DNA from: Asterias rubens
Lineage: Eukaryota
Assembly: GCF_902459465.1 (NCBI RefSeq)
Contig: NC_047065.1
Location: forward strand, 5,146,001 to 5,210,000
Direction of reading: 5' to 3'
DNA length: 64,000 nt
Position numbers and translations under genes: made by a program. The notes beneath the pieces are model-generated. The model saw nothing but the letters and a program-made list of their open reading frames with translations, searched no databases and had not been told where the DNA came from. Shown here in pieces: positions 1-11,600 of this stretch (the stretch's first letter is position 1; every line of letters begins with the position of its first letter).

Positions 1-81
1 CCTCTCCCTATTATACTCGTCACCAAGAAAGGTTTTATGCTAATCATTATTTTGAGTAATTACCAATAGTGTCCACTGCCT
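1..81 (+). mobile_element. Kolobok-like TTAA MITE family A, right end (cut by window start)
   Basis: Ends AATTACCAATAGTGTCCACTGCCT followed by TTAA, the same terminus as the full copies. Confidence 0.85.
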
Positions 82-99
82 TTAAGCAAGTCTTTGAAA

Positions 100-290
100 G
101 TTTGGCCCTGGTGTTCTGATCAGCAACATGTTGGTTTAAGTCCAGCCCATAAAACACTTGTGTCCATAAAGCTAGACAGTTTTGGGATGTAAAGCTATCT
201 ATAGGTCCCGTGTCTTGTGTAATAAAGAGAAGCCAGTGCATTTATTGTTAAGAGAAGGGGGTTTACCCAAGTGTTTTCTGGCATGGTCTG
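100..290 (+). mobile_element. Degenerate Deu-domain SINE
   Basis: Resembles the copy at 14510 (tgttctgatcagca..acttgtgtcc..gggatgtaaagc..aagagaagggggtttaccc..gtgttttctggc). Confidence 0.55.
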
Positions 291-829
291 GCAGCAACAA
301 GTTTGTTTTGTCATTAAATTTCCTGTTCAAGTCAATCTAGTCTGAGCTTTTTGTGTGAAGCAGGAATAGAGTCAGGAAACTACAACAAGAATCTTTCATA
401 CAAGTTATTTCTTACCTCTGAAGTTTCCAACAAAAAGACCAGGAATAATCTGCAAGTAAAAGATTCAGAAACATTACACCCTATGTCATTTTCTGAACTT
501 TCAGCTCAGTGTCAACTTATTCTCTCAACACAAAATGTTCAGCTCTCTTCTTTAAAATGCGAGTTTCTTTATGACTTTGCTGTTCAGAATTGTCACTGTT
601 GAGGCACTACTTTGTTCTTCAGCATATAGATTTGTTTATGAAGCCATAAAACTTTTAATAATAAAAATTTGGGCTTCCCAAGTTCGAATGCGCCCCAGAC
701 TTGCACAGTTTATTACAATCCGATTAGCATTATAATTTACTCAATAAGCCTTTTGGAGGTATGGCAGACGTGATAGGAGTGTACTTTTTGGGTATATAAA
801 GACAAATTTACCCAAACCTTTAGACCCAG

Positions 830-992
830 TAACTGGGGCGCTGTACTCCTTTTTTTCGAAATTTTGACATTCTCGGTCGTTCTAGCTAGTTCGACCGAGA
901 ATGTCAAAATTTCGAAAAAAAGGAGTACAGTACTAGCTAGTTCGACCGAGAATGTCAAAATTTCGAAAAAAAGGAGTACAGCGCCCCAGTTA
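830..992. mobile_element. TA-flanked hairpin MITE with a duplicated right arm
   Basis: TA-ACTGGGGCGCTGTACTCC...GGAGTACAGCGCCCCAGT-TA; the ~50-bp right arm occurs twice. Confidence 0.75.
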
Positions 993-1025
993 ATTACTAG
1001 GTCTAGATGATGTCCCACACACATT

Positions 1026-1300
1026 TAATAATAATAATAACAATTACAATTCTTTAGCGCATTTCACAATAACCGTATCAATGCGCTTTACATATAACAT
1101 CCCTTTTTAATGTTTCTCAGCTTAATTCCTTGGGGGGTATACAGCCCTGAGCTGCCTGTAAGGCGCTTGTGGCGTTTTCATACACAATATCAACCTCTAC
1201 CCTCGCAGGTACCCATTTATACCCCTGGGTGAAGAGAAGCAATTATAGTAAAGTATAGGCTCCAGGACACAAGTGCCACCCGGGATTCGAACCCACACTC
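1026..1300 (-). mobile_element. tRNA-Leu-headed SINE (CORE/Meta-like body, (TTA)n tail), 5' truncated
   Basis: The reverse complement matches the full copy at 43482-43841, including cacccaggggtataaatgggtacctg and the TTA tail. Confidence 0.75.
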
Positions 1301-1640
1301 CGGCACCATGCACTGTTTCTCGGAGGGGTCATTCTTACAAATACATGACACCATTCCCCAGGACAGGGGTCTACCAACAGTCATTCTTTCCCAATAGCAT
1401 TAGGATATGGAACAATCTCCCGGAAGACCTGATCAACTTCACAACTCTTGCTAGCTTTAAGCAGGGTGTACAGTCAGACCAGCTTCGCTAGGTCAGCCCG
1501 AGATGTTTTTAGCCGCACTCTACGTTCACTGTTCACCCACCTGCACTGTATATATCCACACCCTAGCATGCACACAACAACCACAGCACATAATAATACA
1601 CCAGGTGGTGGACTATACTTCTTCTACGGAAGAAGAAGAA
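1301..1640 (+). mobile_element. 3' fragment of a CR1-group non-LTR retrotransposon
   Basis: The ORF ends YQQSFFPNSIRIWNNLP, typical of CR1/L2/Crack ORF2 C-termini, followed by a 3' UTR ending in a (GAA)n tail. Confidence 0.7.
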
Positions 1641-2040
1641 ACAGAAAGGGACAGTATATTACCTCGCTCATTCCAGCCCCCATGCTTTTATGGGAGAAGT
1701 AGTCTGCTAATGAGCAGAACGGTTGTTTTTGGACACCAGGTGTGAGGTTTGTCAATGGAATTCCTAAGCAGCAACACAAGCAGCGAGAGACCATCAGTCA
1801 AATCAAGGTGATACAAACTGGCGTTCACAGATCATGGGCTATCTATAGCTCCTGTTTGGAGAATCCTTACAGGAAAATGAACATAATGTACCTGTCAAAA
1901 TAATATCACGTCATTGGTTTAGATAAAAAACAATGTTAAATACTAAAAAAAGTATGATATCATTAAAAGTAAAACTACCTTCCCCAGGTTTTAGCTGTTC
2001 AATCTGCAAGATACATGAGATAAAAACAGGAATCCTTTAA

Positions 2041-2369
2041 AGCCATTATAATACACTTTCGGAACAGAATTTGTTTTAAAGTTTACAGATATACAAATAA
2101 CTTACAGGGTTTACAGAAGGTAATGGTGAAAGACTTCTCTTGAAATATTATTCCATGAAATGCTTTACTTTTTTAAAAACATTAAAACAATTATAAATTC
2201 TCGTTATCGAGAATTACGGACTATTTTAAACACATGTCATGACACGACGATATGTGCGAAAATAAGGGTGGGTTTTCCTGTTATTTTCTCTCGACTCCAA
2301 TGACCGATTGAGCCTAAAGTGTTGGCCTTTGGACAATACTGTTTACCGAAAGTGTCTGTGCAATGGCTT
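2041..2369. mobile_element. Kolobok-like TTAA MITE family B
   Basis: TTAA-AGCCATT..ACACTTTCGG ... CCGAAAGTGT..AATGGCT; homologous to 10806-11169 and 62211-62577. Confidence 0.8.
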
Positions 2370-2394
2370 TATTTAAAACAAAACTTTTTAAGGT

Positions 2395-2945
2395 AATAAT
2401 AATAATAATAAATAATAATAAACGAGACTTATAAAGTGCATTTTACAAAATTCAATGCGCTGGAAGAGTGCTACGGAAAAGACGATTATGAGAATAGATA
2501 TGTTTTTAATTTACTCTTGAATGTCTGGAGTGTGTTGGTGTTCCGAATATGACTTGGTAGGGCGTTCCAGCACCGGGGACCAGCGACTGAAAAGGACCGG
2601 TCCCCTGCCATTTTGTGTGTGCGAGGGATTGTTAGATTCTGGCCGGAGCGGAGCCCACTCCGGCCAGGTTTGTTGAAATTTAGCGACTCTGTAAGGTATT
2701 GTGGAAGTACCTTAGAGAGTGCTTTGTGCATGTTCACTGATGTTTTGAAGGTGATGCGTTGTTTAACTGGTAACCAGTGTAATTGTTTGAGAAGAGTGGA
2801 TGCGTGTGTGTATTTGGGTTGCAAGAAAATGATACGTGCAGCATTGTTTTGGAGCCTCTGTAGACGGTCAATGTCAGCTTGCTTAATACCATTGAGGAGA
2901 GAGTTACAATAATCCAGTCTAGACACCACACGGGCTCTGGCAGCA
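2395..2945 (-). mobile_element. L2-clade LINE 3' fragment
   Basis: ORF 2929-2486 reads SRLDYCNSLL..RLQRLQNNAAR..LHWLPV..RSFSVAGPRCWNALP..FKSKLKTYLF, followed by a (TTA)n tail. Confidence 0.9.
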
Positions 2946-3887
2946 GCGTGGCATGTGTTTGTGTCAATATATTTGCGTATTTTGGAGATGTTTCTGATGT
3001 GATAGTTGATGGACTTGCATGTACGTACGTGTGACGTGTGTGCTCATTGTCATGGAGCTGTCGAAAAAAGACAATAAGGTGGGCAAACTCCGTATATAAC
3101 ATTAATAAGAACCCGTGAAGAACGGTAAATACAGGGAAATCCAATACAGGTAACTACAGGTAACAAGTAATGCCCAACCAACATTTTTGCGATTGAAACA
3201 AATGTTGAAATGAAATTGAAAGCCACTTACACAAGTCACAATTTGATTTTGACAAGCAAAATATTTATTTCGACAGTTTTATTTTTAAGGTTTTTATGTT
3301 TATGATGAATTGAATGAATGGATTCAACTAAGTTTTCAAGAATTTGTGATGACTGCAAAGGCACTGATAACGCACACATACTTACAAAAAACAACAGAAA
3401 TGCAATTTTTCATTCGGTTTCCGCCTCCCTTGTTTACAAAATTTGTTTGTTAGAAACTCTAACTAATGAAGTGCGCCCCCTTGCGGGAGGGCCCAACAAA
3501 GTATCACGTACAAACTGAAGAAAATGTTTGGTTTCACTTTACATCGATGTTTAACCATTTAGAACGTCGAAAAACTACAACTTTGTTCGAGGAAACGTCA
3601 TTAATATTGTGTTTGAATAATCTACGGAAGAAATATTACCACATTTGCAGCAGTCCGAAGAGTAGAATAGAAGATGCACTGACGACACTGACAGTCAACA
3701 AAATTGTAAACAAAGTTCACATAATATGCATAAAATTGAAACCCAGACTTGTACGTGTAGCATCTGTTGCCACATTACATTGACGATATGGTCACCAGTC
3801 TTTTTGGGGCTGCTAAATAAATTTGTGGGCGTGGCAGCAAATCAATTAATCTGATTGGTCTGGTTTTTTTTAACGCACACTACTACG

Positions 3888-4208
3888 TAGTCTTGGTTCA
3901 GGACTCTCCTGGATTTGTAACAAGAAAGCGCGCTATCACCCCCAACGCGCTATCAACCACGAACCGCTATCACAGGAGAGTCTTGGAACATTCGTTAAAT
4001 CTCCCCCCAAAATCGGGGGGAAACATAATGTGCGTGCGTAGGTTTCCCGCAGAACCCGCCCCTTTTTGGGGGGAGATTTAACGAATGTGCCAAGACTCTC
4101 CTGTGATGATAACGGTTCTCGGGTGGTAGCGGTTCGTGGTTGATAGCGCGTTGGGGGTGATTGCGCGCCCTGTTGTGACAAATCCAGGAGAGTCTTGAAC
4201 CAAGACTA
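3888..4208. mobile_element. TA-flanked fold-back MITE with nested inverted repeats
   Basis: TA-GTCTTGGTTCAGGACTCTCCTGGATTTGT...ACAAATCCAGGAGAGTCTTGAACCAAGAC-TA; the arms are ~120 bp. Confidence 0.8.
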
Positions 4209-4685
4209 ACTAGTACGCAGAAAGCACGTGTCTTCCCCCACACACTCTCCATCCATCCACACCACACACACTCTGCAGTATATACGTACGTATGTACATG
4301 TACTACATACGGATGGGTACACCGACCAAAGTCGTTATGCAATTGCAATATTGAGATCGCAACTTTCGAACACGAATGCATGTTTTCCAGAGATTTAATT
4401 ATACATTTAAAATAAAAGAAACAAAGTTAGTATCCATGCATGCTATCGAAGAGAACTGTAAGAAGGGTAACGTACCCCTCATTTCATTTGTATAAAATAT
4501 TACATGTTTAATATTATGAGCTATGCATACGACATGTACAGTGCTAGTGCCCACCGCACGCCCCAGGTCTGTCCTTACTCTAAGTTATTATGCAGTACTG
4601 AACAGAGAGTGTGCTGTTGTCTCATAAAAATATAATTTAAGTATTTTTATTGTCAAACTAATTAATGATAGTGAAACACCACAGT

Positions 4686-4847
4686 GGGTGCGTTCGTTCG
4701 ATTAGCTCCCCTGGGTCGACCCCGGTGTGTGGCGTGTTTTTTTTCCAGGACAAACGTGTGCAGATAATTACCCACGTTCGTCCTGGAAAAAAAATCCGCC
4801 ACACACCGGGTTGACCCTCACCCAGGGAAGCATAAACGAACGCACCC
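4686..4847. mobile_element. Palindromic MITE (GGGTGCGTTCG termini)
   Basis: GGGTGCGTTCGTT...AACGAACGCACCC with near-complete self-complementarity. Confidence 0.75.
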
Positions 4848-5685
4848 AATATGATTTTGTAATTATAATAATATTAATCATTAATTAATAATGTTATACT
4901 TATTTAATGTTTTACCAAATTATATTACTATTGACTTCGTTTTATAATACATAGTTAGAAGTTTAATATTGATAATTATGAGAAATGAGAAGTACAAAGA
5001 ATGAGAAATGTTTCTGACACTGACAGTACGCTTCTCAGTTTCAATTTTTGACGGATAAAAACTTGTATCTTTTTCATAATCACAATACTTCGAAGTGAAA
5101 TATTTCTCAAAATGTTTTTACAATGGAAAGCTGCTGCAAGCTCTGGACTTCCCAGTGGGCTTCTATAATAATTGCTGTTAATTTTAAAAGTGACAACCGA
5201 AAGTCCAAACATATCTCTCTTTTTCTTCCTTTAAAGTGCTGCTTCAGAAAATTTGAAGATTTCCGCACTGTGGCTGGGCGCACGCGTTCAGTCTAGTGGC
5301 GCAAATTTGGATGCAATGATTATCACAAGTTCACACCAACCATCTGTGTCTGTACTTCTACGATCTACTCCTCTAGAAACTATAATGGGGAGCCTTAGTT
5401 TCTAGAAGTACTCGATCTGCTGCTGATCTCACTGCAGCTGCCATTCCAAGTCCAGTCCACTTCTTTACGTCGTTCGTCCATGTTGTTGCTGGACGACTTC
5501 TCCTTCTCTTTCCCTCCACTGACCCCTGGATTATTTCTTTGTACGAAACCTCCGTGACGCACGATACATTTCCATTAATTCCAAGTTTTTTACCTTATCA
5601 CTCTCTGCAGATTTGTATTCTCTTGATGTACACATCTTCACTTACTCGTCGAGTCATCTCCAATACAAGACGTTGGGCAATTTCC

Positions 5686-8600
5686 ATGTCATCCAGTGAG
5701 ACTTCAGAAATGCGGCATTTATTAGCAAGGGTCAACCCGATGACTGGTAGCAATGAATGGGTGGTTGAGGACGCCACATACGATTATCATCAGGAGATCG
5801 CCCGGTCGGCTTACACCGATATGCTCCACGACGATGAAAGGGTATGTATCGTTCATAGAAACGACCCTAGAGAACTCTGTGTGAGTTGTGGTATGGTTGC
5901 GAACCCTTAGAAGGGCTCATATATGGATAGTTGCGATTATCGTAACCCTCCATCTTCCTGATGGTCGGTGAAGAGGGAGGGTTATCACAACTAGAATTGG
6001 GGGGGGGGATATCCAAAAAGGCTACCGTACTTGTGTATAGCTTAAAATTATTACTAAAAGTGATTTAACGAGACCAGACAAGCACAAAGACATTGAAGGG
6101 AAAATTTATCTCATTGTCTTTGAAAAAAATGATTTATTTTAAAATAATTTTGTTTCTTCAAGATGTTACACTGTGAAATATTGGTCTATCTTACATGTAG
6201 GCCTAGTTGAAAAAAAAATGCCAGACTTGTCTGGTCAAACATTTACTGGCTGACACTAGAACTACTACATTATATGTTTCTACTTTGTCCTTTTTTTTAT
6301 GCAGAATAAAAAATACTATGAAGGCATAAGACGAGCTATTAGAATCATGCACGAGAGAGGGAAGAAGGCCAATGTACTAGACATCGGTACCGGAACCGGA
6401 CTACTGTCTATGATGTCGGCAGAAAGTGGGGCAGACAGTGTCCATGCGTGTGAGGTAAACCAAGTCAAGGCCCTATTTCATAAAGCCTGTAATCACAGGC
6501 AAACTGCTGAGCAGAAAATACACCAACCAAAATTCCATAAAGTTTACTTTGTTGCAACTAGTGCCCCACTCATATTTTACTCAGCAAAAATATTTGCCTG
6601 GCAGTATTTTCTGCTTATAAAGACAGTAGACTTTATTGGTAATTGTCAAAGACCAGTCTTCCCACTTGGTGTATGGCAGTATTTTCTGCTTAAATAACAC
6701 ACCTGTGAAAATTTGAGCTCAATTGGTCGTCGAAATTCTGAGATATGAATGGAAAAAAAAAAAAACCTTGTCACACCGAGTTGTGTGCTTTCAGATGCTT
6801 GATTTCAAGACCTCAGATTCTAAACTTGAGGTCTCAAAATCAAATTCGTGGAAAATTACTTCTTTATCGAAAACTACGTCACTTCAGAAGGAGCCGTTTT
6901 CTCATAATGTTTTATATTATCAACCTCTCCCCATTACTCGTTACCAAGTAAGGTTTTATGCTAATAATTATTTTGAGTAATTACCAATAGTGTTCACTGC
7001 CTTTAAAAACTTTATGGAAGTGGGCCTATCAGGGCCCAATTTCATAGAGCTGCTTAAATGTACTAGAATTTTGTTCACAATATTCAAAATGAGAAAAGAC
7101 AGCACAGATGTCATAAAAAACAGACAATGAATGTTTAGCATTTGTGCAGTGGTGAGAATTTTCTTTTTTTTAAATGGAATGTTCTTTTCAACTCAGCCTT
7201 ATTGTTGAATGGAACTTTTGTTTTTAAATGGTATTCAAAATCGAAGTTTGAATAGAGTTAAACATATTTAAGTAATTAAACATGTGTCATTTTATTCAAT
7301 TTATCAGTTTGAATCTTTCATTACTGTTTTTACAGGCATTTGAACCAATAGCAGAGGCAGCCAAGAAAATCATTGCAGAGAATGGCTTTGCAGACAAAAT
7401 CAAAGTGGTCTCTAAAAGGTCAACAGAGGTCACAGTTGGACCAGGTAGGCTTGCAAAACATCAGACTTATCAGGAGACATTCAGTAACAAATAAAAAAAA
7501 TTTTACCCTTGAGCCGTGTCTGCAGTTTTGCTACAGCTTAGGCTATAGCTGGATTGCGCCGTCATCATACATTGAAATATAAGACGTCCTAAGCAACACC
7601 CTTACTCAGGCATGCAGCTCTTCTTTTTTCTTTTCTTTTTGATTTTTTTTTCTGATGCACCTAAGAGCATAATAAACCTCAACACTTTCTAGGGTACCAT
7701 TGTGGGTATCATGTCCCGTGGCGTTTCGGCTGCCTCGCTCTGCACTTGCATTGTGCCTTTGAAAATGTTCCTCTTTTTTTTTTCAACGGGCAGTTGCATG
7801 CCTGCTTACAGTCGTACAGGGTTTGGCTTAACATTTGTTAACATCTTTAGTGACTAGCCATCAGGACCAGTAGCTTGTCAATTTACTGGTCCACCAGCTT
7901 TTTATCTAGGAAACATTTCAAATAAAATAGCTGTAGGGATGCTTTTTGACACTAAACTGGACAGCGAAACTTCTTGCAGAGAATTCTGACTTGTCCCCAA
8001 TCAGGGAGGGACTTAAAACCCAAATCTACACGCAAGGTTACGTGCTGGGTTTCGAACCATGGGCCCAGGTCCACAGAGATGAAAGGCAGGGAAGAGACCA
8101 CTGAGTCAACCTGGGTGCCAACAAGAATGTAGGCATGCCAGAAAGTGCCGGACTAAAAGTAAACAGTTGAAGATTTAAAAAACGTGTATACTTGTATCTA
8201 CTTGCCCGACACTAAAAACACTGGCCTGGACCTGTGGTCTGGTGTACATTTTGAGGCCCAACACAGTCCCATAAAAAATTATCTTGTTTCAATATTATTT
8301 GTCATTTCAGACGGGGACATTCCTCATAGAGCCAATATTCTTCCTGCTGAGGTATTCGATACTGAATTGATCGGTGAAGGGGCAGTACCAACCTACCTCC
8401 ACGCCCACAGACATTTATTACAGGTGGACTCAGCTATCTATTTGTTCATAGTTCATTAGAATGGATGTTGAAGATAAGGTTTTGTTTTGTTTGTTTGTTT
8501 GTTTGGCCTTTGAGAAAGACTCTGTGGGTCAAAACGTCAGGCAATTAACAAATTTTTGGCTGTTTATATGCCATAGGTCCTTTTGGTTGGTAAGCAATTT

Positions 8601-11600
8601 GCAACAGCTAATTCTATTTTCTTATTTGTTTGTTTAAAATGCTATTCATAAATACCTCAGACAGTTTTGCTATTCCTATTGGTGGAGAGCGCGTCACGTG
8701 GGTGTGTATAAACCTTTGTTTATGACCAGTAAAAAGTGTTGAAACATTAGCGTGACACGCTAGCTTGCACCTGCTCTTATAAGACAGTTTCTTCGTTCCT
8801 ATTGGTCGAGAGCAACAGCTGAAACAGTTGTGCCACATCACGCAATACGCGCGACGCGCACAGCATTCCCTTAAAAGGAGTTGTTTACCCGACGGCGGCG
8901 GAGGGCTTTACCATTTTATAGCTGGAGGGGTGTTGTGTTGAAAGAAATCATTGAACAATTATAATTTTTGCATTGATTTTACTTTTTGATAAAAAAGTGT
9001 TGATGTTTTTGACCAAAAAGGTATTTATGAATGGGAATCAAAGTGTGTTCAATCAGTTTTCAACTAGTGGTTTAAACCCGCCGAGGCCTGGTTCTTGATA
9101 ATTTACCTCGACTTCTCCTCGGTAAAATTATCAAAAACCAAGGCCTCGTTGGGATTAAACCACTAGTTGAAAACCTCTTCACCACACATTGATTCCCTTA
9201 TTAAAGACCCCTTGCATGTGACGTCACAACCTCAAAAAGCACCCTCACTGGGGTCAAAAAGCACCCTCACTTGGGTCAAAAAGCGCCCTCACTGGGGTCA
9301 AAAAGTGCCCTTACTGGGGTCAAAAAGCGCCCTCACTGGGGTCAAAGGAGGCAAATCATTTGATGAGAGCTGTTCTTTGTTCAGAAAAACATGCGCGTGT
9401 GACATCAGCATTCCAAGAGGGTTGGCGTTATGCAAGAGGTCTATTAACAGATTAATGCTCTCTTAATGTAAATCCATAACACTTGAGGCAATCGGTCTTT
9501 TTAGGACTGGTGCTGTTCGTTTCAGAATTCAGACTTCAATAACAATGATAACTTTTATCTCCTTCCACAATTTTCAGGAAGATTGCATCTGTGTCCCTCA
9601 CTCGGCGACTGTTTATGCACAAGTCATCCAATCAGATCTCATCTGGGAATGGCACAAACTCCAACCAATCAAAATCCCCGGCCACAGCAGCATCCACCCC
9701 CCGGCCAAGATGGACGCCTGCTCCGGGGCAGCCTCGGTCCACGACATCCAACTCAGTCAGGTGTCACCTGAGCAGTTCCAGCCAATCACCTCCCCCCTCG
9801 CTATGATGGACTTCAACTTCAGTCGTGGAGATTTCCGAGAGAGCGGATTGGCGACCGTCGATGCCGATGTCCTGACGGAGGGAATATGCCACGGAATCTT
9901 CATGTGGTGGGACTTGAGCATGGACACTAAGGGTGAGATTCGGTTGAGTACAGCGCCTTCTTGGGCCCACCCTGATGGAGAAGAGGCCCAGTGGAGAGAT
10001 CACTGGATGCAAGCCGTCTACTTCTTTGATCAACCTCTGCAGGTGCAGAAAGGTGGGTTTAAAGACATTTGTAAATGTAACAGTAGAGGCCAATACGGTA
10101 AGCAGAGCCATGAAATAATATACAACAGATTACTCAACAATTGTCTGCTAACTGAAATGATCCGGATATCATTCAAAAATTGTAGATATGACATGGTAGT
10201 TTAGCTGGTAACCTTATTCTAAGCATAATTTTGCTATGCTAATGTTACACAGAGATTTAATATGATGATATTGCAAGACTCCGGTTAACTATTACTAGAA
10301 GAAGAAACATGTGATGCTAGCGGACTGGAGTCATAGAGTTGTGGAAACGACTGAAGAAAACACTTGAAACAATTGTCTGGGTCTGGTCTTGGTTTATTAC
10401 AAGTTGACTATAGCAATACAATTGAAACAGAGGTGCTGGACCTAGCTCAAAGGTTGGAGAGGCAAGTCTCTTGTAAAGAGAAATTTGAAGGAGTAGTCGA
10501 GGCCCGGAGTGAATGTTGGCCGGAGGTTGTTTAGGATTTTGGTGGTGGGGGAACTCTTAATTTAGAAATGATGTCACACAGAAATAACATAAGATTGGTG
10601 ACATCATTACGTAGAAGTGAGATGATGTCATGGTCAACAGGGGGTGGGGGGTAAGGGTGGGATGGTCAGGAATGTGAGTGGTGGCTTTGCTGGAAATGGG
10701 CTGACAGAGGATATGGCCCACCTGTTGATGTGTAAACAACTATTCTAGAGATAACGGTGCGAAATCATCCTTACACTTTTTTTCTAAGCTACTTTTTGTG
10801 CTTAAAGCCATTGGACCCTTTCGGTACAGAAAAAAAAAAAAGTTCACAGATTTACAAATAATTTACAGGGTTTACAGAAGGTAATGGTGAAAGACTTCTC
10901 TTGAAATATTAGTTCATGAAATGCTTTACTTTTTGAGAAAATGGTAAAACAATATAAATTCTCGTTAGCGAGAATTACGGATTTGTTATAAACACATGTC
11001 ATGACACGGCGAAACACGCGAAAACAAGAGTGGGTTTTCCCGTTATTTTCTCCCGACTCCGATGTCCGATTGAGCCAAAATTTCCACAGGATTGTTATTT
11101 TATATATAAGTTGTGATACACGAAGTGTGGGACTTGGACAATACTGTTTATCGAAAGTGTATAATGGCTTTAAGCAGCTCTATGAATTTGGGCCGGGGTC
11201 CCAATTTCATAGAGCTGTTTAGGCCGCAGAAAATACTGCTTATTAGCAAATGAGTGGGGCACTAATTGCAACAGTGGAAACTTTATAGAATTTTGGCAGG
11301 TAACCATGCAGTTTCTGTTTTTTTTCTAATTTCAGCAAGACTTGTTTGTGTTTAGCAAGTTTTTGTGCTTATCCCTGGTCATTTGAGCCCTGGTCAGCAC
11401 ACTGTTATTCCCTAATCAGTTAAAATGGAAACATTACATAAATATATTCCAAAAATAACGCTCCAAAAATATTGTTTTCATCTTGATAGGAGAGAGGATT
11501 CACGTCACATTATCCCACGATGATTACAGCATGTGGTTTAATGTCGGCCACACTGAACTGCCGAAGGTTGACATCGAGAGACCGATATGTAGATGTGGAG

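Noticed and set aside
2395-2945. Active or autonomous LINEs (also 23745-24075, 44684-45135, 1301-1640)
   Set aside because: Only short 3' fragments are present, with no RT catalytic core or endonuclease; they are 5'-truncated relics.
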